Shown one piece after another: positions 11,898 through 25,497 of a DNA stretch of 64,000 nucleotides (its first letter is position 1; every line of letters begins with the position of its first letter). Origin of the DNA: Octopus sinensis. Taxonomy: Eukaryota. The notes below the pieces were generated by a model. It was not told the origin of the DNA. It saw nothing but the letters and a program-made list of their open reading frames with translations, and searched no databases. A program made the position numbers and the translations under genes. The stretch spans positions 27,900,001-27,964,000 of the forward strand of contig NC_043005.1 in assembly GCF_006345805.1 (NCBI RefSeq), read 5' to 3'.

Positions 11898-12224
11898 TAT
11901 TGGAAAAAGGATGTTGGCATTTGAAAAGCACCATTTGAGCATTGGGCCCCATAGAGGCAGTGACTGGTGAACGAGACCTTCGGTGATATACTGTGCTTAT
12001 GTAGACCTGTCAAGCCTAGTGAGGCCATAGTCATGGCCGATGCTAGTGTCAGGTCAATGGCATATAAAAAACACCCACTACATTCTCGGAGTGGTTGGTA
12101 TTAGGAAAGGCATCCAGCTGCAGAAATCTTGCCAAATCAGATTGGAATCTGGTGCAAATCCTTGGCTTACCAGTTTTCAAACAAACTGTCCAACCCATGC
12201 CAGCATGGAAAATGGGCGTTAAAT

Positions 12225-15200
12225 GATTATTATTATTATTCCTTCATAACAGTGGAGGTAAAAATGCACAAGAGTCTTTAGTTATCTGTCAAGTCACAAC
12301 AAGGACCTCAGACAGATAATACTTTCCTTGCAATGTGCACTGTGCTCAATAAGGCTGCTTTTTGCAAGACATCAATCTTGTATGGGATTTCCAGTTGCCT
12401 TAAGAAGTCTTATTATTATTATTATTATTAAGGCAGTGAGCTGGATAAATCATTAGCATGCTGGACAAAGTACTTTTGCAGTATTTCCACATCCTTACTC
12501 TGGTTATTCATTGATTTTCCTATCCTTTTAACCTAAAATTCTCTACTCAGACCATCCCATTTCAGCTTATAGTGATAGGACTCTCTCTGACGTTTGGTGT
12601 TTTAACTCCAATGTATCACAAGATTTGATTTTGTCTACTCAAATTCTTCCTGGATGGTGGATTGATAGAATTGAAACACTGGGTTCAATTTACCCTAGGA
12701 TCAACCTAGACTTTTTACATATATATTTGTAATCCTGGTGACTTGGTTATGTATCAGTCTGTATGTCTTTAACCATACCTAATGTACCAAGTATTATCGG
12801 GATTATTTCTGTTTTCAGGTTCCACATTTAAGTTATCTCTATTTCCAGATCTTTGTATTTTGAGAGTTTCCCTGTTTCTTTTAGAGATATGTTGTCATCT
12901 GTTAGGACTAATATGTGAATTACAAGGTGTATTTTTCTTGGTGATCCCTGACAACAATATCTGTCCTATTAGCCTTGATTTCTCTGTCTGTGTGTATTGG
13001 TATATCCCAAAGAATGGTTGCTTTGTCATTTCCTGAAACCTTTTCTGGGATATGCTTATACCATTTTTTTAATTGTCATTACAAAGTGCTGGCACAGTTC
13101 CCTATATATGTAGGTCCCAACTCTATCATGTTTGCGGATATATTCTTTCTTAGCCAGTACTAGGCAATCAGAGACAATATGGTTTATTATTTCTTCTCCA
13201 TCACCACATACTTTGCAGTTAGTTATTGTATTCTTGTTCATTATGTGTTTTTGCTGGTTTCTGGTGGAAAAGCTTTGATTTTGTGTTGCAGTTAAAACCC
13301 CTTCAGTTTCTGGTTTGTGTCCTGAGCTTCTCAATCATTGATGGGATTTTACTTTATTTCTGTAGTCTTATGGTGCATATTTTATAGTAATTTTGTAGTT
13401 GTAAAATGTCTGTACCACATTCAATTCATTGTCAGATTTTGGGTGGTGTAGTCTGAATCCCATCATAATTTTGTTTACCTATCTAGTTTGGTTAGTTCAT
13501 TTAATGTCTAAATAACAATATTGTAACTGTAACTTATAACCAGGGCAGGTAGAGTATTGATATTTATCTTATTTTTTGCTTTGAGCTCTGTTTTAAGTAC
13601 TAATCTAAATCATCTATAATATTCCTTCATTAGCTTTTCTTTCATTTGTGTGTGGTCAACCATATCCAGTTCACTGATTCCTAAGTATTTGTATATCTAG
13701 GTTTAGTCTAGTTCTCTTATTTCATTTTCTTTATCATCATCATCATCGTTTAACATCCACTTTCCATGCTGGCATGGGTTGGATGGTTTGACTGAGGGCT
13801 GGTAAGCCAGAAGGCTGCACCAGGCTCCAATCTGATCTGGCAAAGTTTCTACAGCTGGATTCCCTTCCTAATGCCAACCACTCCAATATTCTTATTCTTA
13901 ACTAGTTTTCCTCTTTTCAAGGTGCTTTGGCACATTTTTTCAAACCAGATTTCATATATATTCCTTTGGTAAATCCAGGTCTGTAATAATGTTTCCAGCT
14001 GTTTATCATTTGCAGCATACAGTTTTAGATCATCCATATACAAGGAATGGTTGATTGTTTTGCCATAGAAGTTGTATCCATGTCCAATACTCTTTAGTAT
14101 GTCTGTTAAAGGTATCAGTGCCAGATGGAAAAGGAGTGGAGAGAGCAAGACTCCTTAGAATATTCCTCTTCTAATGGAATGGTTTTAGCTTTTATAATTC
14201 CCTCTTTTGTCAGTAACTGCTGTTGTTTTTATTATTATTATATCTTGGGTTTTGTTGGAACTCCTGGAGTCTTGCATGCATAGCGGGCTTCCTACTTGGT
14301 GCCTACAGTACCATACAGTCTGTTCTTTTCAATTATCTACCTGATTATTCCGGCCATGCCAAGGAGGCAAACCTTTTGTAACGTTCTGCTGGGCACTCTA
14401 TTCCGATTTCCTTTATATTCCTTTTGATGCTTTCTGATACTGTCCCCAAGGATCCAACAATAATTGGCACTACCTTCACCTTCTTCATTTTCCACAGTTC
14501 ATCTATCTGATATTTAAGAGAACTTTATTATTATTATGTGATGAAAACTCACAGCTTATTACGCTGGGTATGATGGAAAGTGTCAGCTGTCCACAATCAG
14601 CAGACTAAGGTGACACTTCCTTACTGGTCATACTTCAAGAACTCTGCTAAGAAATCTTGCAGTTCCTAACAATGCTGATTCTTGCAGGTGTTATATCTTT
14701 ACATTTATACCAATCTTTTTCAGTCATGTTGGTAGTTGGGTGCTAATACTTCCAAGTGTGCCAATTACTATTGGTTCTATGTCTACTCTCATTGACCACA
14801 ACCTGCGTATTTCCCACTTCATCATAGTTGTTCAGTTTTTCTTCTTTGTCTTTGATCCTGTTTGTCACCGAGACATACTATGTCAATTATCATGCATGTT
14901 CTTTCTTTTTTATTAACCACAACAATGTCCGGTTTCCAATGTCTGGTCAGGCGATTGCACTGGATCCTTGCTTCCCACAGGATTTTGCAATTTTCACTCT
15001 CAGTGACTCCTTCTGAGGTTCGCTCATATCACGTCTTTGCTCTTTGTAGGCCATGATTTCCACAGAGCTCCCAATGGATCATTCTTGCCACATTGTCATG
15101 TCGTCTTTTGTATTCACATTGTGCCAATTTCAGGCTTTCACTAATGATGTCCCATACTGTTTCACCCCTCTCACCTCACATTCTGCATTTGTCGCTGTTG

Positions 15201-15330
15201 GTAGCTTTGTCAATTCTGCACTTCATATAGTTAGTCCTTAACGCTTGTTCTTGAGCTGCGCATATGAGTGCTTCTGTCTCTATCTTCAGGTCACTCCTCA
15301 TTATTAGTTTGGAGGCTGTTCTAAAGGTCT
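12225..15330 (-). mobile_element. Cluster of R4/Dong-like (RLE-endonuclease) LINE fragments
   Basis: RT motifs IRRGIF*G..LSPLLF and LYMDDLKLY (about 14030-14220); CxxC...HxxxxC knuckle NCKVCGDGEEIINHIVSDC (13056-13334 ORF); C-terminal LQKAALLSTVHIARKVL at about 12310-12400; (AAT)n at junctions. Confidence 0.8.
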
Positions 15331-15808
15331 GTAAATTTATAGATCTAACTCTTCAGGTCTAAGTCTCCAAATATATAGATGTAGAAGCTCACTATGCAGT
15401 ATAGTGAGAACATTCTGTTGTGTGCTGTAGTATATTAGTGAAGCCTTGTGATGTTGTAGGAAGGTGTTGTTGTGTATTGTGGATCTGTGTAATATAGTAG
15501 TGAAGACATGTTGTGTGGAGAGGATAGGGGGATGGTCTTGAGGACATAAACCTGATGATGGCATATTGTATGGTAACTTGTGTATGTTGTGTAATGTGGA
15601 AAGCAGGTTGTGAGTGTGATAGGATGGACATACTTCATCCAGTTTGCTGCCCAACTTGGTCTATTGTTATTTTAATGTTTGTAACCAAAGTTGATATTGG
15701 TAATTAGTTGAAACGTTGTAGGTTCGATTTCTTGATATTTATTCTAAAATGTTGCAATTCTGCTTTAGAGACAATATTGAGACTGAGACTTGTTTTGTGT
15801 TTTTACAG

Positions 15809-16465
15809 ATGATTTCAAAGCTGGTATAACCGTCTATGAGAATGTCTTGATAACTAAACTGAATGTCCCAACAGATGAATTAGCTGAAGAGAATGACCAA
15901 GGAAATCAAGAGGAATTCTCAAACCACTCTATATGTGGCCGGACATTTACTGTTCCTGATAATGCAACCATTTGTGACTATTCTGTATTCTTCATTGGTG
16001 AAGAAGGATTACTACTGACCAACTTGATGTTTTCATTTCCTAAATGTCCACTATTTTTCTACAACACAGTGTCAAAAGAAATTTGTCAGGAAACATTAAT
16101 TAACAAAAAACTAATGAGAAGATATTACATGATTGAAAGAATCAAAGATGCCAATATTATTGGCATTGTAGTTGGTACTCTTGGAGTGTCTGATTATCTC
16201 CAGTGTGTCCACAGAATGGAATCCATTATTAAGAAAGCAGAGAAAAAAAGTTACACATTTGTGGTAGGGAAGCTCAATGTTGCCAAGCTGTCCAATTTCT
16301 TAGAAATCGACATTTTTGTTTTAGTCGCATGTGCTGAAAACAGTCTCATAGACTCTAAAGAATTCTTTAAACCTATTGTGACACCATTTGAAGTTGAAAT
16401 TGCACTGAATTCATCACGAGAATGGACTGGTGATTACTATACAGACTTCCGACAACTTCTTCCTG
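15809..16465 (+). CDS. DPH2: DPH2 coding exon 5
   Basis: ttttacag|AT...CCT G|gtaaaa, 657 nt; RRYYMIERIKDANIIGIVVGTLGV, GKLNVAKLSNF and DIFVLVAC motifs of the diphthamide synthesis domain. Confidence 0.98.
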
Positions 16466-17313
16466 GTAAAATATATTATATATCTCTAATGTAAGATGTG
16501 TATAACTTCTGTAGAGTTATATACACCTTATATGTGTTTTCATGTAGTTGTGTATTTAGGGGCAACAGAGCTTGAAAGAGGCCCTCCAAGTCCAGGGTAT
16601 AAAAGAGGAATGGAACCGAACAAGTTGCTGAAACATCTTTTATTATAAACTGCTAATGCTGTTTATAACTGTCAACTGAAATTTCTTGTGGTGCCTATTT
16701 ACAGTTGAGTGGACTGAGTCACATGAGAATTAAATGACCGAGTCGTGGATGTTGTTTGGTACTGGTTTGATATTTGGACTGTAAACTTGGTAGAAGCATG
16801 GCAGTGTGGTTGAGAATCCTGCAACCATGTGGCCTCAGGTTGTCTCACAGATTGTGTCTTCTACTAAAGTCCCAGGCCAACGAAAACTTTGTGAGTGGAT
16901 TTGGTAGGCAAAATCTGAAAGAAGCCTGTTGTGTTTGTGTGTGTTTATCTTGATATTTTGTGATGATATTTTGTTGTCGTAAATTGATGTTGCTCATTTC
17001 CAGTCTTTCCATAAAAAACATGTCTGGTCATGGGAGACTATTACCTGACTTGGAAACATGCAAGGGTTGGTGACAGGAAGGACATCTGGCCATAGAAAAC
17101 TGGCCTCAACAAATTCCACCTGGCCCTTGAAAGCATAGAAAAGAGGATGTTAAATGAGGATGATGACAAACCCTTAGGTTAGTGGGCCCACAAAATATCA
17201 ACTTAAACAGAGCAGTTGTTCTCTTCTAGGGATTGAACCCAGAAAGTCAGAATATTTATTAAAATGAAATAACACATCATGAGAGTATGTGAATTAACTT
17301 TCTTGTATTATTT

Positions 17314-17592
17314 AACAATTACAGTGTGGAAGGTGTTAATAAGCCATTTAAAAACACACAAAAACCGCTAGATTCATTTCAACATTTAAAGTTAATTTGT
17401 CAAAATATTTTTGTTGCTTTGAGACTGCGACCTGTTCACTGACAAAATTCCAGCACGGAATTTTGTCGGTGAATAGGTCGCAGTCTCAAAGTGATGAAAA
17501 TATTTTGGCAAATTAAATTTAAATGAAGTGAATCTAACGGTTTTTGTGTGTTTCTTAAATGGCTTATAAACACCTTCCATGCTGCAATTGTT
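17314..17592. mobile_element. Palindromic (foldback) MITE-like element in DPH2 intron 5
   Basis: 138/136-nt inverted arms around a 5-nt loop AGCAC (17452-17456). Confidence 0.85.
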
Positions 17593-18553
17593 TTCGTTCC
17601 AACACATGATCTCAGATCAGGTCACTTCCTATGCAAGTACTTTTCCGTAATTATTATTTAACTTTTCTCAAATTATTAATTCATATAGGAGCAGGTGTGG
17701 CTGCATAGTAAGAAACTTGCTCCCTAACCACATGGTTTCAGGTTCAGGCCCACCATGTGGAACATTGAGTAGTGTCTTCTATTATAGCCCAGGGCTTACC
17801 AAAGCCTTGTGAGTTAGTAGACAGAAACTGAAAGAAGCCCATCATATATATCATCATCATCATCTAGCGTCGATGTTCCTTGCTGGCATGGGTTGGACAG
17901 TTTGACTTGAATCTGATGAGTCAAACATTTGCATCATGCTCCAATGTCTGTTATGGCCTGGTGCTGTATGGCTGGATGCCCTTCCTAATGCCAACAACTT
18001 TACAGTGTGCAATGAATACCTTTTTCATGCCACCAGTACTGTTGAGGTCACCATATAAAAAAAAACCTTGGGGGAGATGTGTGTGTGTGTGCATGTGTGT
18101 ACACATGCATGTCTCTGTGCATTACTGTCTCCTTGTTTTGACATCGCATAATTGTTGTAAGCATATCACTGGTATGCTAGTGGTGTCTTTCATTTTCAGT
18201 TTTCCATGGAAATATGTCTGGTCATGGAAAGATATTACCTTGCCTGCAAACAGGCAAAGGTTCATGACAAGAAGGGCATACAGTCATAGAAAACTCACCC
18301 CTCTAGGTTCTGTTAAGCAGATGAGATATCAACCTTTATTTGTCTGGTCAAATCTTATTAACCTTTATTTGTCTGGTCAAATCTTTCCATACATCTACAG
18401 AAAACAAAATGAAATGAACCCTTTGCATTCTTACCCTTTGTGATAAAGAATTGTTCTGTGATTGAAGGGGCCTATTATAAATTTTATATATTTTAATTGT
18501 TAAAGGTTAATGGTTTTGTTTCACTGCAGTATCATTGTTTATTCTCTCTCCAG

Positions 18554-18727
18554 GTGCCGTAGCCCATGTTCCTCTTTCTGATGGCCCATTTGATAATACA
18601 GATGTGTCATTAATCACAGGAAAACTACGAACATTAGGTCAAAGTGATAATCAACCAGAACCATCAGACACCATCATTGCCAGACCAGAAGCACTTTCTG
18701 TTACCACAGTGAAAGCCAAAGATGCAG
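18554..18727 (+). CDS. DPH2: DPH2 coding exon 6
   Basis: ctccag|GT...GCA G|gtttgt; HVPLS...TDVSLITGKLR matches the DPH2 DVSLITG motif. Confidence 0.96.
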
Positions 18728-18869
18728 GTTTGTTGTTATTTTTTTCTGGAGTAGATAAATGCATCTCTTTAGATAAGTAGAGGCTTTAAGAGCATGTGTG
18801 TAGGTAGTTCTGGTTTAAAGCCTAGAATTTAGCTCTGGTTTACGGTCCAGGGTCTAGCATTAGAATTGT

Positions 18870-19995
18870 TTGTATTGACATTGTTGAGTTCTGAACAAGT
18901 AGATATTGTCGAATCATTCAACTACTATATGCTGATGACTGTGCTCCTATAACAGAATCGGAGAAGAAATTCCAGGTATGGAAGCAAAACTTGGACTCAA
19001 AGAACCTTGAAGTTAACCTGACAAAGATCAAAAGTTGTCGTTAGCAAGAAAGCTCCTAAAACTCTCTTTCCGTCAAGTAAATGGCCCTGCCTAATGTATA
19101 GGAAAAGTATTGAATGAAATTCTAGTCATTGTACCCAATGCAGGCTAATGACATGTAAGTGGTGGAATCACAGGTATATGAACAGAAAAAGTCATCTTCA
19201 TGTGTGGCAGATGCACAGGAACAGTAAACACTAAGGGCACACAGGACTTAGACTCTCTCAAATGCCCAGGAGGCTCCCTTGCAGTTGTAGATAGTTTCTG
19301 TCACCTAGTTGACCAAATTGGCAGTGGTGCAGGATGTTCTGAAAGTATTGTTACTAGAATAAGAATAGGATGGAAAAAGTTCAGAGAGCTATTACCCCTG
19401 TTGGCAACAAAAGGACTCTCTCAGAGTGAAAGATAGACTATATGATGCTTGTGTATAAATGGCTATACTTCAAGATAGTGAGATATGGGCTCTGAATGAA
19501 GATGACATGCATGAACTAGAGAGAAAGAACAAGTGGACATACTTTCAAGGTATGAGAATATAAATAGGGTGGTAGAGTATTGCCCAGGGTACATGAGCAG
19601 GGAGTCCATATTAATGTAGGCAGGGCAGGGAGATAGGATTGTACTGCAGGCGTGAGGAAATATATTAAGAGAAAAGTTGAGCATAAGAGGAATCAGATGT
19701 AGAATGTAAGAGAGAAGACTATATTGGTTTGGACATGTGATGTGTATGAATGAAGATGGCATGTGTAAAAAGATTTGAGCGAGGTCGTTGCCAGTACCGC
19801 CTGGCTGGCTCCGTGCCAGTGGCTTGTAAAAAGCACCCACTACACTCTCGAAGTGGTTGGTGTTAGGAAGGGCATCCAGCTGTAGAAACTCTGCCAGATC
19901 AAGATGGAGCCTGGTGCAGCCATCTATTCGCCAGCCCTCAGTCAAAATCGTCCAACCCATGCTAGCATGGAAAGCGGACGTTGTACGATGATGAT
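18870..19995 (+). mobile_element. RTE-clade LINE fragment with Cys-rich (PHD-like) insert
   Basis: YADD-like RT remnant near 18930; KWPC...CTQC...CGRC; VVDSFCHL; RIRIGWKKFRELLPLL; RTE tail ending (GAT)n. Confidence 0.75.
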
Positions 19996-20154
19996 ATATA
20001 TATATATATATAAAAGCAATAATAAATCTCTGAGCGAGGTATAAACAGTAGCTGCATGACATCATGAGGTATATTTGCCACTTACATGTGGCTAACCTTT
20101 AGTAGCATCCACACTTAAGGGTTAGCCATATTTAAGTGGCAAATATACTTCACG

Positions 20155-20186
<32 letters not shown>

Positions 20187-20888
20187 ACACACACACACAC
20201 AACTGGCTACTTTCAGTTTCATCTACCAAACTTCCTAAGGTTTTAGTTGTTTTGGGGCTGTAGTAGAAGATACTTGCCCAAGGTGCTGCATGGTGAGATT
20301 GAGCCAGAGACCACATGGTTGGGAAGCAAGCTTCTGAAGCACAGTCGCACCTGTGCCTATACAATTCTTTGATATTTATGCTGACAGACATCTCTCACCT
20401 CTGCCAACTAAGATGATCATTTCTTTCTTTCTCTCACTCGCCTATCATGCAATAGACATGTAGTCCAAGTTCAGTCAGTGCAGCCAACTCTGCCCCACTC
20501 CCACCATGGCTGAAACCCACAGCTGCTTACTACCAGTCAAAATAAAAAAACATGTACAGAACAAATAATAATTCTTCTGTCAAATTAAGGTAGATAAATA
20601 TCAGAAATACCCCTTCCCCAATAAAAGCCTTCCCTCCCCCCCATTATCCATCCCCTTCTTGTACTCAACAACCTCTGATTCACTTTATATTCTTGTCATT
20701 GTTATGTTGACATCACATGTCACTTAAATGTCACTCTCTTTTATTTTAATCTTTCAGTTTCCTGTGAGTAGTAGGAGGAGGAGGGTTGTCTGAATTTCTC
20801 AAAGCACAACTTTACATTAATTTCTCAAGCAAATACTTGTTTCAGTAGAATTTTTCAAATGTGGTTGGATGAATTGAAGAATTCATAT

Positions 20889-22260
20889 AATATTTATGAA
20901 GAATAATTTTAGTGATAATAATTGCATTCGTATTCAGACAGATCTTGACTATTTGCTAATAAAATATCTGCATATTCGTAGAAATAATAGATAGGATCTT
21001 TATTTATTTTAATATATGAGATTTTAAGGCAGCGAGCTGGCAGAAACGTTGGCATGCCAGGCAAAATGCTTTGGGGTATTTCATCTGTCTTTATGTTCTG
21101 AGTTCAAATTCCACTAATGTCAACTTTGCTTCCATCCTTTCGGGGTCGATTAAATAAGTACCAGTTACGCACTGGGGTTGATGTAATCGACTTAATCATA
21201 TTATAATATTCATGAAGAATAATTGTGTCTTTGTTTGTCCCCTCTATGTTTAGCCCTCTGTGGGCAATAAAGAAATAAATATTTATGAAGAATATTTTAG
21301 TGATAATAATTGCATTCGTATTCAGACAGATCTTGACTATTTGCTAATAAAATATCTGCATATTCGTAGAAATAATAGATAGGATCTTTATTTATTTTAA
21401 TATATGAGATTTTAAGGCAGCGAGCTGGCAGAAACGTTGGCATGCCAGGCAAAATGCTTTGGGGTATTTCATCTGTCTTTATGTTCTGAGTTCAAATTCC
21501 ACTAATGTCAACTTTGCTTCCATCCTTTCGGGGTCGATTAAATAAGTACCAGTTACGCACTGGGGTTGATGTAATCGACTTAATCATATTATAATATTCA
21601 TGAAGAATAATTGTGTCTTTGTTTGTCCCCTCTATGTTTAGCCCTCTGTGGGCAATAAAGAAATAAATATTTATGAAGAATATTTTAGTGATAATAATTG
21701 CATTCGTATTCAGACAGATCTTGACTATTTGCTAATAAAATATCTGCATATTCGTAGAAATAATAGATAGGATCTTTATTTATTTTAATATATGAGATTT
21801 TAAGGCAGCGAGCTGGCAGAAACGTTGGCATGCCAGGCAAAATGCTTTGGGGTATTTCATCTGTCTTTACGTTCTGAGTTCAAATTCCACTGATGTCAAC
21901 TTTGCTTCCATCCTTTCGGGGTCGATTAAATAAGTACCAGTTACGCACTGGGGTTGATGTAATCGACTTAATCATATTATAATATTCATGAAGAATAATT
22001 GTGTCTTTGTTTGTCCCCTCTATGTTTAGCCCTCTGTGGGCAATAAAGAAATAAATATTTATGAAGAATAATTTTAGTGATAATAATTGCATTCATATTC
22101 AGACATATCTTGACTATTTGCTAATAAAATATCTGCATATCCATAGAAATAATAGATAGGATCTTTTAATATATCTGAGATTTTAAGGCAGCGAGCTGCC
22201 AGAAACGTTAGCATGCTGGGTGAAATGCTTAGTGGTATTTCGTCTGTTTTTACATTCTGA
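20889..22260 (+). repeat. 388-bp tandem repeat (3 near-identical units plus a diverged partial 4th), each containing a family-A SINE
   Basis: Unit starts AATATTTATGAAGAA at 20889, 21278, 21666, 22054. Confidence 0.95.
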
Positions 22261-24318
22261 ATTCAAATTCCACCAAGGTCAACTTTGCGTTTCATCCTTT
22301 TGGGGTCAATAAATCAAGTACCAGTTGCATACTGGGATCGATCTAATCAACTGGACCCCTCCCCAAAAATTTTGGGCTTTGTGCCTAGAGTAGAAAAGAA
22401 TATTTCTTCAAGGCACCGAGCTGGCAGAAACATTAGCACACCTCGTGAAATGCTTAGCGGTATTTCATCTGTCTTTACATTCTGAGTTCAAATTCTGCCA
22501 AGGTTGACTTTGCCTTTCATCCTTTTGGGGGTCGATAATTTAAGTACCAGTTGCATACTGGGGTCGATCTAATCAACTGGCCTCCTCCCCAAAAATGTCA
22601 AGCTTTGTGCCTAGAGTAGAAAAGAATATATCTAAGGTTTTATTTTTAATATTTGTATGTTTATTTCTTCTTTAACTTGTATCCGTTGGTTTGTTTAACT
22701 TATTTAGTTATCATGCGTTAGAAGTAAAACCAGGACTATAAAAGAAAGAGCTTTTTGATCGCCATGAGGGTTCATACATCAGGCTTTCCATATCAAAACT
22801 CAAAACATCTCATGGCTTGAGCACAAGACATTCATGGATACATTCCATCAGCTCTGCTGTTGTTGCTTGATTCAGGATAAGCTTTGCTTGCCACTGCTAT
22901 CGTGCTGAACAAACAAGCCATACCAAATGTTATATTTTGGAGACTTCCACACCCTAATAGAGGATGGAGACTATTTAATAACATTGATGCTATTGGCAAA
23001 GACACAATATGAAATTGAAAATCTACCAAAGCTAATGGGGGACAATTTTCTGGTGCAGTGTAGTGAAACATTTGGTTGTAGAAAGCTAAAAATGTTTCCA
23101 TTAGTCATATAATCGCTAAAAATTCCTCCTTAATAACATTAAACCAATTCTTTGACTTGTCCATATTTGGTCTATTTTATAAATTTTCACATCACAGTTG
23201 ATAATGGCCAGTAAAAAGTTTTGACATAAGATTTAGTAAAAAATAATTTTTTTCCAGTAAAATTTTATATATAGTGTGGTTTGTTAGTGCTAAAAGCTTC
23301 AGCTAAAACCAAAACATACATGATGTACTGCTGGTACTAATTTCTCATTTTTTCAAATTCTAACTTTATATAAAAGTTAATATTTACATATCCTAAAAGA
23401 AATTTTCCATGTTTTTACGTTTCGATTGGTATTTTTCTAATTACACCCACGTCATAGCAGAGTTAGTTGCCCTTCCTAAGCCTTAATCATGGTCTAAGGA
23501 AATATTAACGTCTCTTGTCTACTGATATTAGTGTTAATATCCTGAAATATTTGATAATCAATGTAATAGGTTTAATGATTATTTTCCTCAATCTAGCTGA
23601 GATGTTCTTACTTTCTTGTTCACGTTTTTTGAGATTTTATTTAATTTTAAATCCATTCATCAGTGAAACAAGTAAGTGTTGATATGGCTATTTGTATATT
23701 GTCAGAAGAATTAAATCTTTGTGTTCTTAGCTTACTGACAACCTTTCAATAGTGAAGTGAGCCAATAAGGAAACCTCTCCAGGCATCACTTTCTGGTTAG
23801 AAACAGCAGCCAAATCTCATTCAAATTGCATTCTATTGTCTTAAGGAAAAAAGAAGATATTTGATAATGTAGTCTAGAATGCACTATGTCAGAATAAAAA
23901 TGGGCTGGAACCTTTCCTATTTTTGGTCCATTGAACTATGGCTAATCTGGTATTAAACAACAAAAACATCAGTGTGATAAAAGTGGAACATGTTGCTCAT
24001 CTGGCAAACAGAGTTAACACAGAATGTCTGTTGTATGTTTTGATCTCGTAACCATAGATTCAGTAGCCCAGCACCATAACCACACCGCCATTGAATTGAA
24101 ATTAATACTGAAAATATTTTATATATTTTTAAATAAATCCTTAAAATTATTAAAATACAGAACCAATATTCTTTGATACTAGATTGTCATTTAGAGGCCA
24201 CAGCTGTCTGTGATAACTTAATCACATAAATTTATTATATCCTACAATGAAAGACCACAAATTTATATTGTGATGTAATAGTTTTATTTTCTCAAAAATG
24301 TATTTTGTAATTTTGCAG

Positions 24319-24440
24319 GAGAATTCCTGGCACAGAGATCTTGGCAGGGTTTGCAGCCACAACTCGGTGAGACCCCAGTTACCAAGGCAGTCGAGGGCAG
24401 CAGTGGTATCGCTTGGAAATATTCCCATGAATGTTCATAA
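24319..24440 (+). CDS. DPH2: DPH2 coding exon 7 (last, TAA stop)
   Basis: ttttgcag|GA GAA...TAA; [39 protein letters not shown] matches the DPH2 C-terminus; exon sum 23+172+113+221+657+174+122 = 1482 nt = 494 codons. Confidence 0.97.
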
Positions 24441-25258
24441 CAATTTGATATATTTAATAAACATAAAATATTTGATAAAATTAAATTCTTTTCTTTTTGT
24501 TTCTCTGACAGAAAAAAAATCTAACAATGAACAGACATTTTAATGTCTAATAACCATTTGTTTTACAGACACAGGTTCCAGTGTTGCAGGGAAGAACAAT
24601 CAGGAATTTGAATCATCTACACTATATTACTGGAGATTTGAACTAACAATTTAACAAGTTACATTAAATACTGTAGGATATATGATGGAACCATTGCTTT
24701 ACTGTTTCAGCAAACACATTCAAAGCTGACCAAGACAGTATTTTCAACTTCAGAGTTCAAATTCTGTCAGAGCCAACCTTTTGTCTTACTTAGGTCAACA
24801 AAATAACAGTAGAGCCAAAGGAGCTTCTATAAAGTTCTTGACCTGCTAAAAATAGCAGCCAAATCTCCCTTAAACTATATCCTACCACCTCAAAAAAATA
24901 AAAGCATTGGACAATGTAATCTTGGCTATGCAAAAATACTAGATGGTCATGACTAGAATGTATTTGATCATGGATCTGTTTGATTGTCTAAATAACAACA
25001 ATTAACTAAGTACCAATAATGTAGCAAGATTGATTCAATTTGTTGAATCCCTACTTTACAAGGATTAGCCTTGTGCCTTGATGAGAAAGGCTTTCACACT
25101 TCTCAAACACTTTTTTTTTTTACATGATTTACAAATATTTCACTGAAATGTTGTTACTTTGTCATAGAAGAACAGATGGCAGAATAAAAAACATTTACTT
25201 CAATTCCATCTTCATGTTTCAAGAGCCAAAAATAACCATCAGAAAGTTATGCATCAGT

Positions 25259-25497
25259 TTAACGAGTAAATTGAGGACCTTTAAGGAGTTCTTTGGCCCT
25301 TTCTGATGACCAACCTTGGTTCTTTAAGGGTCCATCTGTGATTTGGATGAATGTTTCTAAAGCTGTTCTTCCTTCGGATATGACATCAATTGATCTGTCG
25401 GTGCCTTGGCTTGTTTCTGTGTTGCATGACTGTAGATACCAGTTACACAAGTCACCTTTGTACATCAAACTCAGAAGATGGGTGTCTGAATAAATAC
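25259..25497 (-). CDS. RIMOC1: RIMOC1/C5orf51 coding exon 7 (last)
   Basis: ctgcag|GT ATT...TAA; GIYSDTHLLSLMYKGDLCNW...DGPLKNQGW resembles human GIFSDIHLLAMMYSGEMCYW...EGPLKEQEW as recalled. Confidence 0.93.

Noticed and set aside
22760-23100. hAT transposase dimerisation-domain relic on the minus strand
   Set aside because: Similarity is too weak by eye and needs a frameshift; not supportable without an HMM search
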